64,000 bases of DNA from Macrostomum lignano (taxonomy: Eukaryota): contig NIVC01002558.1 in assembly GCA_002269645.1 (NCBI GenBank), forward strand, positions 1 through 64,000, in the 5' to 3' direction. How positions within the stretch are numbered: the stretch's first letter is position 1; each line of letters begins with the position of its first letter. The notes beneath the pieces were generated by a model. The model ran no database searches and was not told the DNA's origin. It was given only the letters and a program-made list of their open reading frames with translations. This document shows positions 36,148 through 47,802 of this stretch, piece after piece. The position numbers were made by a program, and so were the translations under genes.

Positions 36148-39026
36148 TCAGGCAGGATACACCAGCTCGCTGATGAAGGCATTCGAATAGCTCGGCAAAT
36201 CCAGCTGCTCGTTCGGCACTCGGATTGGCGATCTGAACGGATTAATCCGCTGAGGCGTCAGAGTCCCAATCCCTAATTTGTCGCACATCACGGCTGACAG
36301 CTCCATGCTGAACTCGCAATAGTCTGTCACATAGGTGCGAATGGCCAGCTTCTGTGCAATGAAAATTTTATATGGGAGGGGTGTCAAGTTTATACACTAC
36401 TGAAAGTAGGATAAATTAATTAACTAATAATAAAAATTTACCTTTAGAAACTCCAGCGTCGCCGGCCAAGAGATGGAGGCGGCAAAGCCGGCATTGAAAG
36501 CCACAATGAGGTCGGGTCTGGCTGGGCACGAGCTCTCTTCATCACCACTGTCGGTAATGCCATCCTGATGCTTTTGATTCAACAGTCCGGCGGCTACCTG
36601 GTGGTAGAGGCCTCTGTACACTGAGACACGAAATCTGCCGTCTAGCTCAGTGTGGACACTCTTGTGTACCGATGGGGACACTTCCTGGTTAGAGGAATGG
36701 CAAGGATAGACAGTTGATACAGGACTTACGTAGAACGGAAAACTTGCGTTTCCTAGAAAAGTTTTGAAGGCTGGTTTTACGCGAACACTGCAACACTGTA
36801 CCAGAGACTGTTTTCCAGAGACAGAGAGAAATAGACATCTTTTATTGCTATATTGAGTTTTTTAAGACTTGTCACACAACCGGCGAGAGGCATTGCTGCC
36901 CATTCCGCCAACTCCCCTGAGCAGGCACACAAGCGCGCGGATACGTACGCAGTCATACGCACAGGCACACACTCACACAGGAGTGTACATCGGCCCTGAC
37001 TTTATTTATCGTTAGGCATGTACACTTCACTGCGCCTTGGGGGTTGGCCCCCAAGGGTGTTAGTTGCACGAGCAGAGCCAAGCCGAGATTTCAATTCAGT
37101 CTCAAATTTATGCGACTGCACTTGGAATCGAGCCTGGGCCGCTGGCACATCAGAGCGCCGCGCCAGACCACTGGGCTACGGCTTCCCTTCAGACAAGCTT
37201 CAAAATAACTGTCTTTAACTTGAAGGGAATAAATTACTGTTAGATTTAAATTGGGGGTTGGTTGTGGGGTGGAGGCGCAATAAGAACGAGAGACGGGGGA
37301 GAGACTGAGCACGTGACCAGGGGTAAAAGGCACACAGACCAGGGGGCAGTAAAAATGAACGGTAGGAATATGCAGTTGAATTTTTGCGAACACACCTTGC
37401 CAACAAGCACCAGCCGGAAGCTGAACCCGGGCGCCAGTTTAGCCAGTTCGCACAGAGCCGGGATGAGTTCCACCTCCTTCTCGACGCCGATCAAGTGTAC
37501 AACAATCCGACGAAGTTGACAAGGCCGATTGTCACCGACTGTTGCAGTCAGCCGTTTGTAAGCGTCGGGAGCGTCAACGGGTAGCCGCTCGAACAGCAGG
37601 TGATAAAGCGTCAGCGGCCACTGCATGAGAACGCAGACTGGCGAGTCGGCAGGCAGCCCCCGCATCTGATAATAATCCGACCAGCTGGATATTCGAGGCG
37701 GCGGCTCCGTTGCCGACACAGTTGACGGCGCCTCGACGAGAACGGCGGCCTCGTCTGGCAGCGCAAACGGATCCGGGTCTGGCGCCAGGTCGCCCGGAAG
37801 CGGCACGCCGCCGATATCTGCGTCGTTGTCGTCGTCGTCAAACGGATGCGGATGGACGCCCAGCCAGGCGTAGCACTCGCGGCGCCACATGCCCCGGCCG
37901 AGAAGGCCGCGCTCCAGCAGAAAGCGGGACAGGCACTGCGGCGAGTACATAGACAATTAAGAGATTTGGGTGTCAACTAGGGGATTTGGATGTTGTTGGG
38001 AAGAGAGGTTATTTCTGCGCATGTTTTTCAATTAAAGATATTTATTTTCTTTATATTTTTTGGTTATTTTGATTAAAACGTACTTTGGTCAGCCCCAACC
38101 CCTGTTTTGAGTGTGCACGACACCCACCCCCCTATTACGTGGGTGCAGGTAGACGCTCACAATATAAAGTTACGGTCTCCCGCTCCAGTGAGAGTGCATA
38201 TGGTTTTTTGGTTGTGGCGTTTTGGCCTTTGGCCATAAAGACAATCTGCTTTTTTCTGAGGATTCAAGTTATTTTCATAACTGTAAAACAACGTAACAAC
38301 AGGTGTCAATTAGGGGATTAGGGTGTCAATTAGGGGATTAGGGTGTCAATTAGGGGATTAGGGTGTCAATTAGGGGATTAGGGTGTCAATTAGGGGATAT
38401 GGGTGTCAATTAGGGGATTAGGGTGTCAATTAGGGGATTAGGGTGTCAATTAGGGGATTTAGGTATCAATTAGGGGATTTGGGTGCAAATTAGGGGATTT
38501 GAGTCTCAATTAGGGGATTTAGATGTCACTTTTGGGTTTTGGGGTGACGATTTTAAGATTTGGGTGTCAATTAGGTGATTAGGATGTCAATTTTTGGATT
38601 TGGGGTGTTGATTTTAGGATTTTGGCTGTCAATTAGGGGATCGAGGCGTTGAATCTGAGATAAGCTGCCAAATGAAAGATTAAAGCACCAAACTGGAGAT
38701 TGCAGCGCCAAATTAAGGATCAACAAAGCCAAATAAAGGGTTGGGTATAATTCAGTGGATAATTCGATTTACCTGAGAATCAAAGGTATCAGCCGTAGTG
38801 ACAGATGCAAAACCAAATGGCAGCTCAGCTAGCGCTGGGGCCCGCTGTCTGAACAGGCGCAGCCTGGCACACCAGGCTTTGTGTGCCAGGCCAGGGTTAT
38901 CTGGCTGGTTGGCGTGCCGCCTCTGACAGGCTTCACTGCAATAATAGACACAGCGGCACTGGCTGCACTGCAGGGCGCTGCTTCGATTTAAGAGGCCTGC
39001 ACAGGTGGAACACTGTGCAAAGAAGG
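36148..39026 (-). CDS. ZMYND15-like: MYND zinc finger protein of the ZMYND15/MSS51 family; exons 39026-38773, 37935-37396, 36684-36442, 36351-36148; upstream exon(s) not found
   Basis: CSTC...CSQCRCVYYCSEACQRRH...HKAWC (MYND), WSDYYQMRGL...SP...WPLTLYH, VHLIGVEKE, PDLIVAFNAGF and INPFRSPIR...SYSNAFI. Splice junctions are in frame. Confidence 0.9.
38305..38640. repeat. Intronic minisatellite, 20-bp unit
   Basis: (gggtgtcaattaggggatta)n. Confidence 0.92.
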
Positions 39027-39766
39027 CTGATGAAAAAGGATTAGAGATCATCCTCTTTGTTCTTTAAAGTTAAGGCAGCAAGTGAATGAAGTCATTCATT
39101 ACAACTATGAACTTGAACTTAATTGTAAATTATAGACTTTTTGGACTTAAGCTATGCATTGTACATGTGAAAAAAGCTTACTAAATAGATTATTCCTAAA
39201 GACTTGGTACCAAAAATAGTATATATATTTAGTGTATTTAGATATATATATTTATCTGTGAATTTAAACCTGCTTAGGGTAATTGGCAGAATAGGTAATA
39301 TTTGCCTAGTGCTAATTCTTATTATTATTATATAATTGTCAGATAGCTTTGTTATGCTTGATAAATTAAATTCTGATATTGGCCACTTAATAGAATTCTT
39401 AGATTATTATTTGTTGTTAGATTTATAATTCAAATGCACTGCAGCATCATGGGTTAAAGTTATTTAATTTACTTTCTCTCTCTCTCTCTTTTTTTCAGTT
39501 AGAATTGAAAAAAAGAATATAAAGATACATAGTAAACTATCTCTCTAAATTATATAATCACCATTTTGGCTAAAATGCCTATAGCCAAACTGGTTTATGG
39601 GCAAAATGGACTATGGGCAAGATGGTCTTAGGGCAAAATGTTCATGGCCAAAATGGTTTGGGGGCAAAACAACTAGAATTCATTTAATCTTTACCTTTCT
39701 TCTTCTTAATCCCTTCTCACCTAGTCCAACTCTATTTTATAGCACAAGTTGCATTATTTTACAGTA

Positions 39767-40553
39767 GGCTCATTCCATATAAGATGGACATATTTGGAAA
39801 ATAGAAAAAAGTCAATATTTTTGCTTGCCATTGCCTAATTAGCCTATTTTTTTTACCAAATGTTTATATTGTGCAATATATACAATCTAAGAATAAAGGA
39901 ATGGTAAAATGTTGGATTAGTATGTTATCAATTGGCAAAAAGTCATTTTTGTAAAAATTTGGACATTTTTCGAAGCAAAAGACATCATTAAGATTTTGTA
40001 CCTTTTAAAAACAAATAGAAAGCTTTTGAAGGTTGAAACAAACTATAGATAAAAGTATAGTACTTGCATCATCAGATAAAAGCATTGGTGACCAAATAAT
40101 CTATTATATTTTTAATGTATTAGTACCTCAAAGTTACTGAATTGACAGAAAAAAATATGTTACGACCATAATGTTACGACCATAAGGCTGCCTTTTCTTT
40201 TGTATCTTTGTTGCCTTTTGAGTTTATATATTCTAATAAAAGAGTATGATTTCTAAAGATGTTCTTAGTCAAATTTTAAAAATGTATTGCAAAATATCAA
40301 AAATGAAAAATGTTATAAGACTTTTACCTTTTAGTTTCTATATGTCAAAAATCCTGTCGTTACGACCATAAGTGTCATTTAAGGTTTAATAGCATCTATA
40401 CTAATGATGATATCTATATGAAACTCTATAAATATATTCTAGACAAAATAATCTTTCATTTAAAATATTGGTTTAGTATATTCTATTATTAGATTTCATT
40501 TTATAAGTAAAAATAACCTGTCATGTTACGACCATGCTTATATGGAATGAGCC
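39767..40553. mobile_element. Non-autonomous TIR DNA transposon with 4-bp TSD
   Basis: Perfect 17-bp TIR ggctcattccatataag / cttatatggaatgagcc, flanked by AGTA on both sides. Internal gttacgaccat motif occurs four times. Confidence 0.75.
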
Positions 40554-40704
40554 AGTACAGTTATTACTGTACTAGAATTTTACTATATATTCTCAAAGAT
40601 GACATTTTTTTATGTTCTTAAGTATACTAGATTTGGTAAAAGTAACAAAAATTGGACTTGACTCAGGATAAGGAAGATAATTTGGGACTATTTTATTATT
40701 TTTA

Positions 40705-40930
40705 TTTCCACATACTAAAAATGTGATGTTTGTTTGTTTGTACGAAATCAATTAGAGAAAAAATGGCTGGACCGATTTTCATGAGACTTGCACTGTTCGA
40801 TCAGAAATTTTCCCGTGACGGTACATGCATCGTGGCTAAGAAATTGCTCGATGCTAAAGGCATTAAATATTCGAAAAACATGCTTTTTTGCAAAGGTCAA
40901 GCAAACTTTTCGACTTGAAATGCATTGTAA
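40705..40930 (+). mobile_element. Probable non-autonomous Helitron/Helentron-type (HINE-like) fragment
   Basis: tccatacta...(gttt)n followed by ggctggaccgattttcatga, a motif arrangement typical of invertebrate rolling-circle non-autonomous elements. The 3' end was not identified. Confidence 0.4.
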
Positions 40931-41334
40931 GAATGCTAAGAGAAAAATTGACTGGTAGAATCTGATTCTGAAATAGATTGCATCATTACTGAATTGTAAC
41001 TCCGACTTGAATTGCGTCACAGCAGTGAAAATGCAGTGTGGAAGCGTAGCACCAGACTTGATTTAGATTGCGTAACTATATTGTTAACTGATACTGACTG
41101 ACTGAGAAATTGATTATGTCATAAATGCCTCGTGTGATTTACTCTATGCTTGCAGTTTTGAAACTTATAATTATAAGTGCTAAAATTCATATTATCAAAA
41201 CGATGAGAGCTAGCCTAGAGGTAAACAGACTGAACTGCTGAATGCAGGGACGATGGTTCGAATTTTGAAAGAGTGGAGTTTTTTTAATTTTTTAATTAAA
41301 GCTTTTTAACGCCAAGACAACTAAAAAATCATGG

Positions 41335-42920
41335 AACCGTCATGTAAAAAATCATAAAAGCGTCATGTAAAAAATCATAGAAGCGTCATGTAAAAAATCA
41401 TAGAAGCGTCATGTAAAAAATCATAGAAGCGTAATGTAAAAAATCTTAGAAGCGTCATGTAAAAATCATAGAATCGTCATATAAAAGCATAGAAGCGTCA
41501 TATAAACAATCATAGAAGCGTCATGTAAACAATCATAGAAGCGTCATGTAAACAATCATAGAAGCGTCATGTAAACAATCATAGAAGCGTCATATAAAAA
41601 GCATAGAAGCGTCATGAAAAAATCATAGGAGCGTCATGAAAAAATCATAGAAGCGTCATGTAAACAATCATAGAAGCGTCATGTAAACAATCATAGAAGC
41701 GTCATGTAAACAATCATAGAAGCGTCATGTAAACAATCATAGAAGCGTCATGTAAAAAATCATAGAAGCGTCATGTAAAAAGCATAGAAGCGTCATGTAA
41801 ACAATCATAGAAGCGTCATATTAAAAATCATAGAAGCGTCATATAAACAATCATAGAAGCGTCATGTAAACAATCATAGAAGCGTCATGTAAGAAATCGA
41901 AGAAGCGTCATATAAAAAGCATAGAAGCGTCATATAAACAATCATAGAAGCGTCATATAAAAAATCATAGAAGCGTCATGTAAAAAATCATAGAAGTGTC
42001 ATGTAAAAAATCATAGGAGCGTCATGAAAAAATCATAAAAGCGTCATGTAAAAAAGCATAGAAGCGTCATGAAAAAATCATAGGAGCATCCTGCAGAAAT
42101 CGTAGAAGCATCATGAAATAATCATAGAAGCGTCATGTAAAAAGCATAGAAGTGTCATATGAAACTCATAGAAGCGTCATTTAAAAAAATCATAGAAGCG
42201 TCATGTGAACAATTATAGAAACGTCATGTAAAAAATCATTGAAGCGTCATGTAAACAATCATAGAAGCGTCATATAAAAATCATAGAAGCGTCATGTAAA
42301 CAATCATAGAAGCGTCATGTAAACCATCATAGAAGCGTAATGTAAAAAATCATAGAAGCGTCATCTAAAAATCATAGAAGTGTCATGTAATGAATCATAG
42401 AAGCGTCATGTAAACAATCATAGAAGCGTCATGTAAACCATCATAGAAGCGTAATGTAAAAAATCATAGAAGCGTCATCTAAAAATCATAGAAGTGTCAT
42501 GTAAACAATCATAGAAGCGTCATGTAAAAAATCATAGAAGCGTCATGTAAACTATCATAGAAGCGTCATGTAAACCATCATAGAAGCGTCATGTAAACAA
42601 TCATAGAAGCGTCATGTAAAAAATCATAGAAGCGTCATGTTAAAAATCATAGAAGCGTCATTTAAAAAAATCATAGAAGCGTCATGTAAACAATCATAGA
42701 AGCGTCATGTAAAAAATCATAGAAGCGTCATGTAAAAAGCATAGAAGCGTCATATAAAACTCATAGAAGCGTCATTTAAAAAAATCATAGAAGCATCATG
42801 TAAACAATCATAGAAGCGTCATGAAAAAATCATAGAAGCCTCATTAAAAACTAATGAAAGTGTCATTTAAAAAATTAAGAAGCATCATGGTAGAATAAAA
42901 GAAGCGTCATGTCAGACATG
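41335..42920. repeat. Satellite array, 24-bp unit
   Basis: (aatcatagaagcgtcatgtaaa[a/c]a)n. Confidence 0.96.
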
Positions 42921-43750
42921 AAAGGTGTCATGTAAAAATTAAATGAAGCTATAGTGCTGGGCTAGGGAGAAAAACTGAGACGTCAAGGCTCACAGAGAAT
43001 AACTGAGATTACGGGGGTGGGGTTTCTGAGATGTCAAAGCAAAAGTCAGAAGCTACTTCAAAGTTCATGTACTTTACTCAATTTTTTTATTACATTTTTT
43101 GTTGGCTCGCCACAGGGGGGGGCGCTGATAGAAGAAGAGTCATGTAAAAAATAAAAGTAGCACAATGTATACATAAAAGAAGAGTCATGTCGAAGTTAAA
43201 AGATTCCTTTGGGAATTGCTACAATGTCAAAGCTTGGTGGAAATCGTTATAGTGCTGTGATTCTTAAAGAAGGAATCACTAAAATGTCAAGGCTTAGGGG
43301 AGAAGAATTGCTGAGATTTCAAGACTTTAGGTTGGGTTAAAGTTAGGTTTAGGTCAGGTGTGGGTTGAGGGTTAGATTTTATCGGGTTTCAAGGTTAACG
43401 GGGGGTTTTTTAGATTTCAAGGTTTATGGGGGCTATCGCTGACATGTTAAGGCTTACGGGGGAAATAGCTGAGATGTCAAGGCTCACGGGGGTATAAATG
43501 AGATTTCAAGGCTAAAGTCAGAAGCTACATGTAGTTTATTGAAAACTTTTTATTACATTATTTGATGCCTCCTCAGGGGAGGGATCGCTGATAAAAAAAG
43601 CGTAATGTAAAAAATAAAAGAAGCTTCATGTCGAAGTGAAGAGATACATTTGGGAATCCCTACAATGTCGAGGCTTGCAGGGAATTGCTATAATGCTGTA
43701 GTAGTGCTATAATGACTCTTAGAGAGAATTATTACTGAAATTTCAATGCT

Positions 43751-43795
43751 TTAGGGTTAGGTTAGGGTTAGGGTTAGGCTAGGGTTAGGGTTAGA
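43751..43795 (+). repeat. Short interstitial TTAGGG-like tract
   Basis: ttagggttaggttagggttagggttaggctagggttagggttag. A degenerate inverse tract lies near 27830-27885. Confidence 0.7.
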
Positions 43796-44359
43796 AGGTT
43801 GACAGATATTTTTAGATTTTCAAGGCTTATTGGGGGCATTGCAGAGATGTCAGGGGGGGAGTTGATATGTTAAAGCTTGTGGGGGGAATTACTGACATGT
43901 CAAGGCTTACAAGTTTTGACAGGAGATTTTTAATATTTCAAGGATACATGTAGCTTAGTAAAAAAACGTGTATTGCATTTCTTTGGCTCCCCAACGGGGG
44001 GCGTAGATTGCTAGTTATAAATACTAATAATATAAATAGGCCTAAGAGGCTAAGTAAAATAAAAATAGGCTGATCAAAACAAAAATTACAACAATATTTC
44101 AAGTTCAACAACTAAATTCCATTTTTGTGATTTTATTTGAAATTTGAAATTGAAATATTTGAAATTCTATTTGAAATAGAATTTTGGTAGTAATAATAGA
44201 AAGTAGAATGGAAAGTAGGACTTTTTGTTGATCAACAATCTTCAGCCAAGATCAACCAAAACTTTTATTTATCGCTGCATCTCTATGCTTTAATCATTTG
44301 CTCTGAAACTTTTATCAATTTTTGACACATATCTAAGGCACACTAGGCCCTTTTGTATG

Positions 44360-44512
44360 CCAAGTTGTATGCCAATAGTGTAATCTAGGTCCCTCTGTAC
44401 GCCAGAAAATTCCAGCGTACATGTATACCATCCAGAGTCTGGCATCTGCAGGTTTTCAACATTTATTCCAATAGAGCTTTTATTGGACAAAATAGCAGAT
44501 GAACTGTCCACC
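44360..44512 (-). other. Isolated exon-like segment encoding an immunoglobulin-domain C-terminal half
   Basis: SIGINVENLQMPDSGWYTCTLEF fits the Ig L-x-I-x-x-x-x-x-x-D-x-G-x-Y-x-C motif. Candidate acceptor at 44513-14; no partner exons were found. Confidence 0.45.
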
Positions 44513-45367
44513 CTAGCAAAGACTTCCAGCAGACAAATTGACAGCAGACAAAATGACCTACACCTGCATGAAACAGCACATACAGAATGATACAGTGCAC
44601 AGAATAGCAAACACCCAGCAGGATTTATTGAATTCACAGTGGTGCATAGCAAAAATCTGATCAAAAAACAATTAAAAAAGGAAGCAAAAATATGTTTAGC
44701 GCATATTTTGCCTTGAAGTTTCAACCTAGAAGCTTAAAAATCTGAATTTTTCTGATCCGATTGTCCAAATTAATTCAGGAATTAAATCCCGGGATCCCGG
44801 GATCGCAAAAACCGAGATTTTGCAATCCCTAGCCCAAACTCTCAAAGTATACTCTGAATTCTGAAATGGACTTTTTAACAATTGTCATTGATTAGGCCTA
44901 GGCCTATTCAAAAACCAGAATTGATTTGTGCGCACGCACATCAGTAACAAGTTTCAGAAAATGAAACGAATACCGTGGCGGTAAAGTTGCGCGTTTGGTA
45001 ATAAATAGTAAGATTTATAAGAATGTGAGCAGTAGCATTTTTTGTAAACAAAACGACTATTTAAATTTAAACTCACAATGAAATTTCCCGGGAAACTTAT
45101 TCAATTCAAGCTATAAGCTATTTCTAATTTACCGATTTTGAATATAAATTTTAATAAAACAACTAAGTTTTAATTAAAATGTCAATAAAATTTACAAGTA
45201 TCGATCTGCTATTTTAAATTAATTTTAGGCCTATGCTGCGTTTTTTCTAAACTTTATGCTGCAAACACTGCGACTCTAGTTAGATCAATGCACGGTTTTT
45301 TATTTGTCAATAACGAATGTACTTGGCGTTTGCGTTATTGGCTTCGTGCATGGCTTGTGCGAATTAA

Positions 45368-45744
45368 GGGCCTTTTCATATTACCAATTCCAGAACCAGA
45401 ATCGGTTCGGAATTCCAAGAAAAACAGTATAACTATTAAACTCTGTTAATGTTTGACTGCCTTAACAACCTAACTTAGCACAATTTTTCACTTTCTTCTT
45501 GGCGATTGTCATTCAATAATAAAAACTACGGTTATCTTCAAGTTTCGTTCGTTTAATTCCAACACCCACCCCCCACCACCCTTGAATAGAGGGCGAAAAT
45601 AATTCCGGAAATAATTAAACGAACGAAACTTGAAGATTGCCAAAACTTTATAGCACGTATTTCCCTCTAGTTATGGAGACAAAAAGTTATACTTCACAAA
45701 TTGGTTCTGGTTCTGGAACCAGAGCAAGCAATATGTAAAGGCCC
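45368..45744. mobile_element. PIF/Harbinger-type MITE
   Basis: TIR gggccttttcatatt / aatatgtaaaggccc (14/15), TAA target duplication on both sides, and an internal perfect 25-bp IR (45534-45558 / 45613-45637). Confidence 0.82.
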
Positions 45745-47224
45745 TAAGTAGGACGGAAACCTCGTTTCTTGTAAAATTTTTGAAGGCAGGTTTTTCCGAA
45801 AAAATACACACGGAGATAGTAAGTTTTCATTTTTTCAGCACAAAAATTGTTATTGCTTTTGATTGGAGGCAGATCCAGTGTTGATCTTTTGATATGTTGT
45901 GCCTTTCTTATTGCTCTATCGATATTCATAAAGCTTTCGTTCAAAAAATTAGGATTTTATGTTTATTTTTTATTCTACGTAAATCTCCTGTACCTAACAA
46001 CCATAAAAATGCATGGCACAGCTCCAATCTTTGGTTTTATGAATCTATATTATCATCTCTGTTACAAATATTTGTTACACAGTCAGCTAAGAATGTTGAA
46101 ATAGACTCAACCTCAAAACAAAACCAAAGAGCTTAGCCATGGCCATGCCATTTTAATGGTTTTTAGGCACAAGGACAAGATACATCCTGCAAATGTACTG
46201 ATATATAGAATAAAAATTAACATAGAATCATAAATTCATAAATGAAATTTGGAAACTATTCTTGTAGGCCTAAACAAAACAGCTAGCTTTTAAAAAAGAC
46301 CACTAAGTGTATACAGTATTAGGAGACCACTGGAAGGTCAAAAGATACTAAAATACTACAATACTAAGATACTAAAAATACTACAGTACAATAGAATTAA
46401 GGGAAATCTTCAAGTTCTAGGCCTAGTTCTAGGCTAGTTTACTGCATTAAATTATTTTCATGTTTTCATGAAATTTTCAGCCTATCTAATAACTGCCAGA
46501 TAGATTCTATCATCTAGTAATACACCTTTCCTAGTTTAATAATACTGATTGATGAATGGCAGGCCTACAATGGCTTGCAGAATAATGTGGCTATCAATAA
46601 CCAACTTCATTTTGTGGATCCTCACAACCCAACTGTCCACACAAACACCATTGAGGAGTCATAGGTAGGTATCAAGGCCAAATTTAGGGCAATACATTGA
46701 TAGTATTAATGATGCTTTATTTGATACCTACCTTAATGAGTACTTGTGATGCCATTTCTTCCTACTGTCAAAAGTGTTTGAGAACTTCCTATATTGGGTT
46801 AGGCACTATTATTGATAGGTCTACTCTGTCTAATGACTAATGACTTCATAGGCCTATTTTACAATTTTTTCATATTCCTGGCCTCTCCCCCCAAATTTCT
46901 AGACAAAAATTATCCTTCCCTTGAAGTTCTAGAAACATCTCTTTATTATAGGCCTACCCCCTCCTTCGGGTGCAGAATGGGCCCCTGAAATAAATTCCTG
47001 GCTTTATTAGGCCTACTAGTTTAGAAAGTGACATATATGCAAAGATTTCTTAGCGTACAACAATGTTATTTGCCATTTGTCAATATATATCCTGGTGTAT
47101 ATAACACTGTAAAACATCATGTCAGTGACACATTTTTAGTCCTAGTATTAAAAGAGATATTGTACTTTTTTCTTCCACTAGACCCAGTGACCCATTATAC
47201 ACATGATCTAAACTATAGGTCACT

Positions 47225-47680
47225 AGCAGTCAAAAGCTACTAGTAGTCAAAAGTCACTGGCAATCAAAAGCCACTAGCAGTCAAAAGTCATTAGCAGTCA
47301 AAAATCACTAGTAGTGAAAAGTCATTAGCAGTCAAAAGCCATTAGCAGTCAAAAGTTACTAGTAGTCAAAAGCCACTAGTAGTCAAAAGCCACTAGCGGT
47401 CAAAAGCCACTAGTAGTCAAAAGTCATTAGCAGTCAAAAGCCATTAGTAGTCAAAAGTTACTAGTAGTCAAAAGCCACTAGTAGTCAAAAGCCACTAGCG
47501 GTCAAAAGCCACTAGTAGTCAAAAGTCATTAGCAGTCAAAAGCCACTAGCAATTGAAAGTCATTAGTAGTCAAAAGCCACTAGCAGTCAAAAGTCATTAG
47601 CAGTCAAAAGCCACTAGTAGTCAAAAGTCATTAGCAGTCAAAAGCCACTAGCAATCGAAAGTCATTAGTAGTCAAAAGTC
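47225..47680. repeat. Minisatellite, 17-bp unit
   Basis: (agtcaaaagccactagc / agtcaaaagtcattagc)n. Confidence 0.93.
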
Positions 47681-47802
47681 GGAAAACCTTTATATTGTCC
47701 TTTTATTAAATGACTTTTGTTGATATTGAAACCTATTTGCATATACCCTTAAACATGGCCATTATTTCAGCTTGACTTTTAAAGTTTAATAAGAAAATAA
47801 CA

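Noticed and set aside
41205-41270. A-box/B-box-like sequence (tagcctagaggtaa ... ggttcgaatt)
   Set aside because: No cloverleaf or recognisable SINE body; too weak to call.
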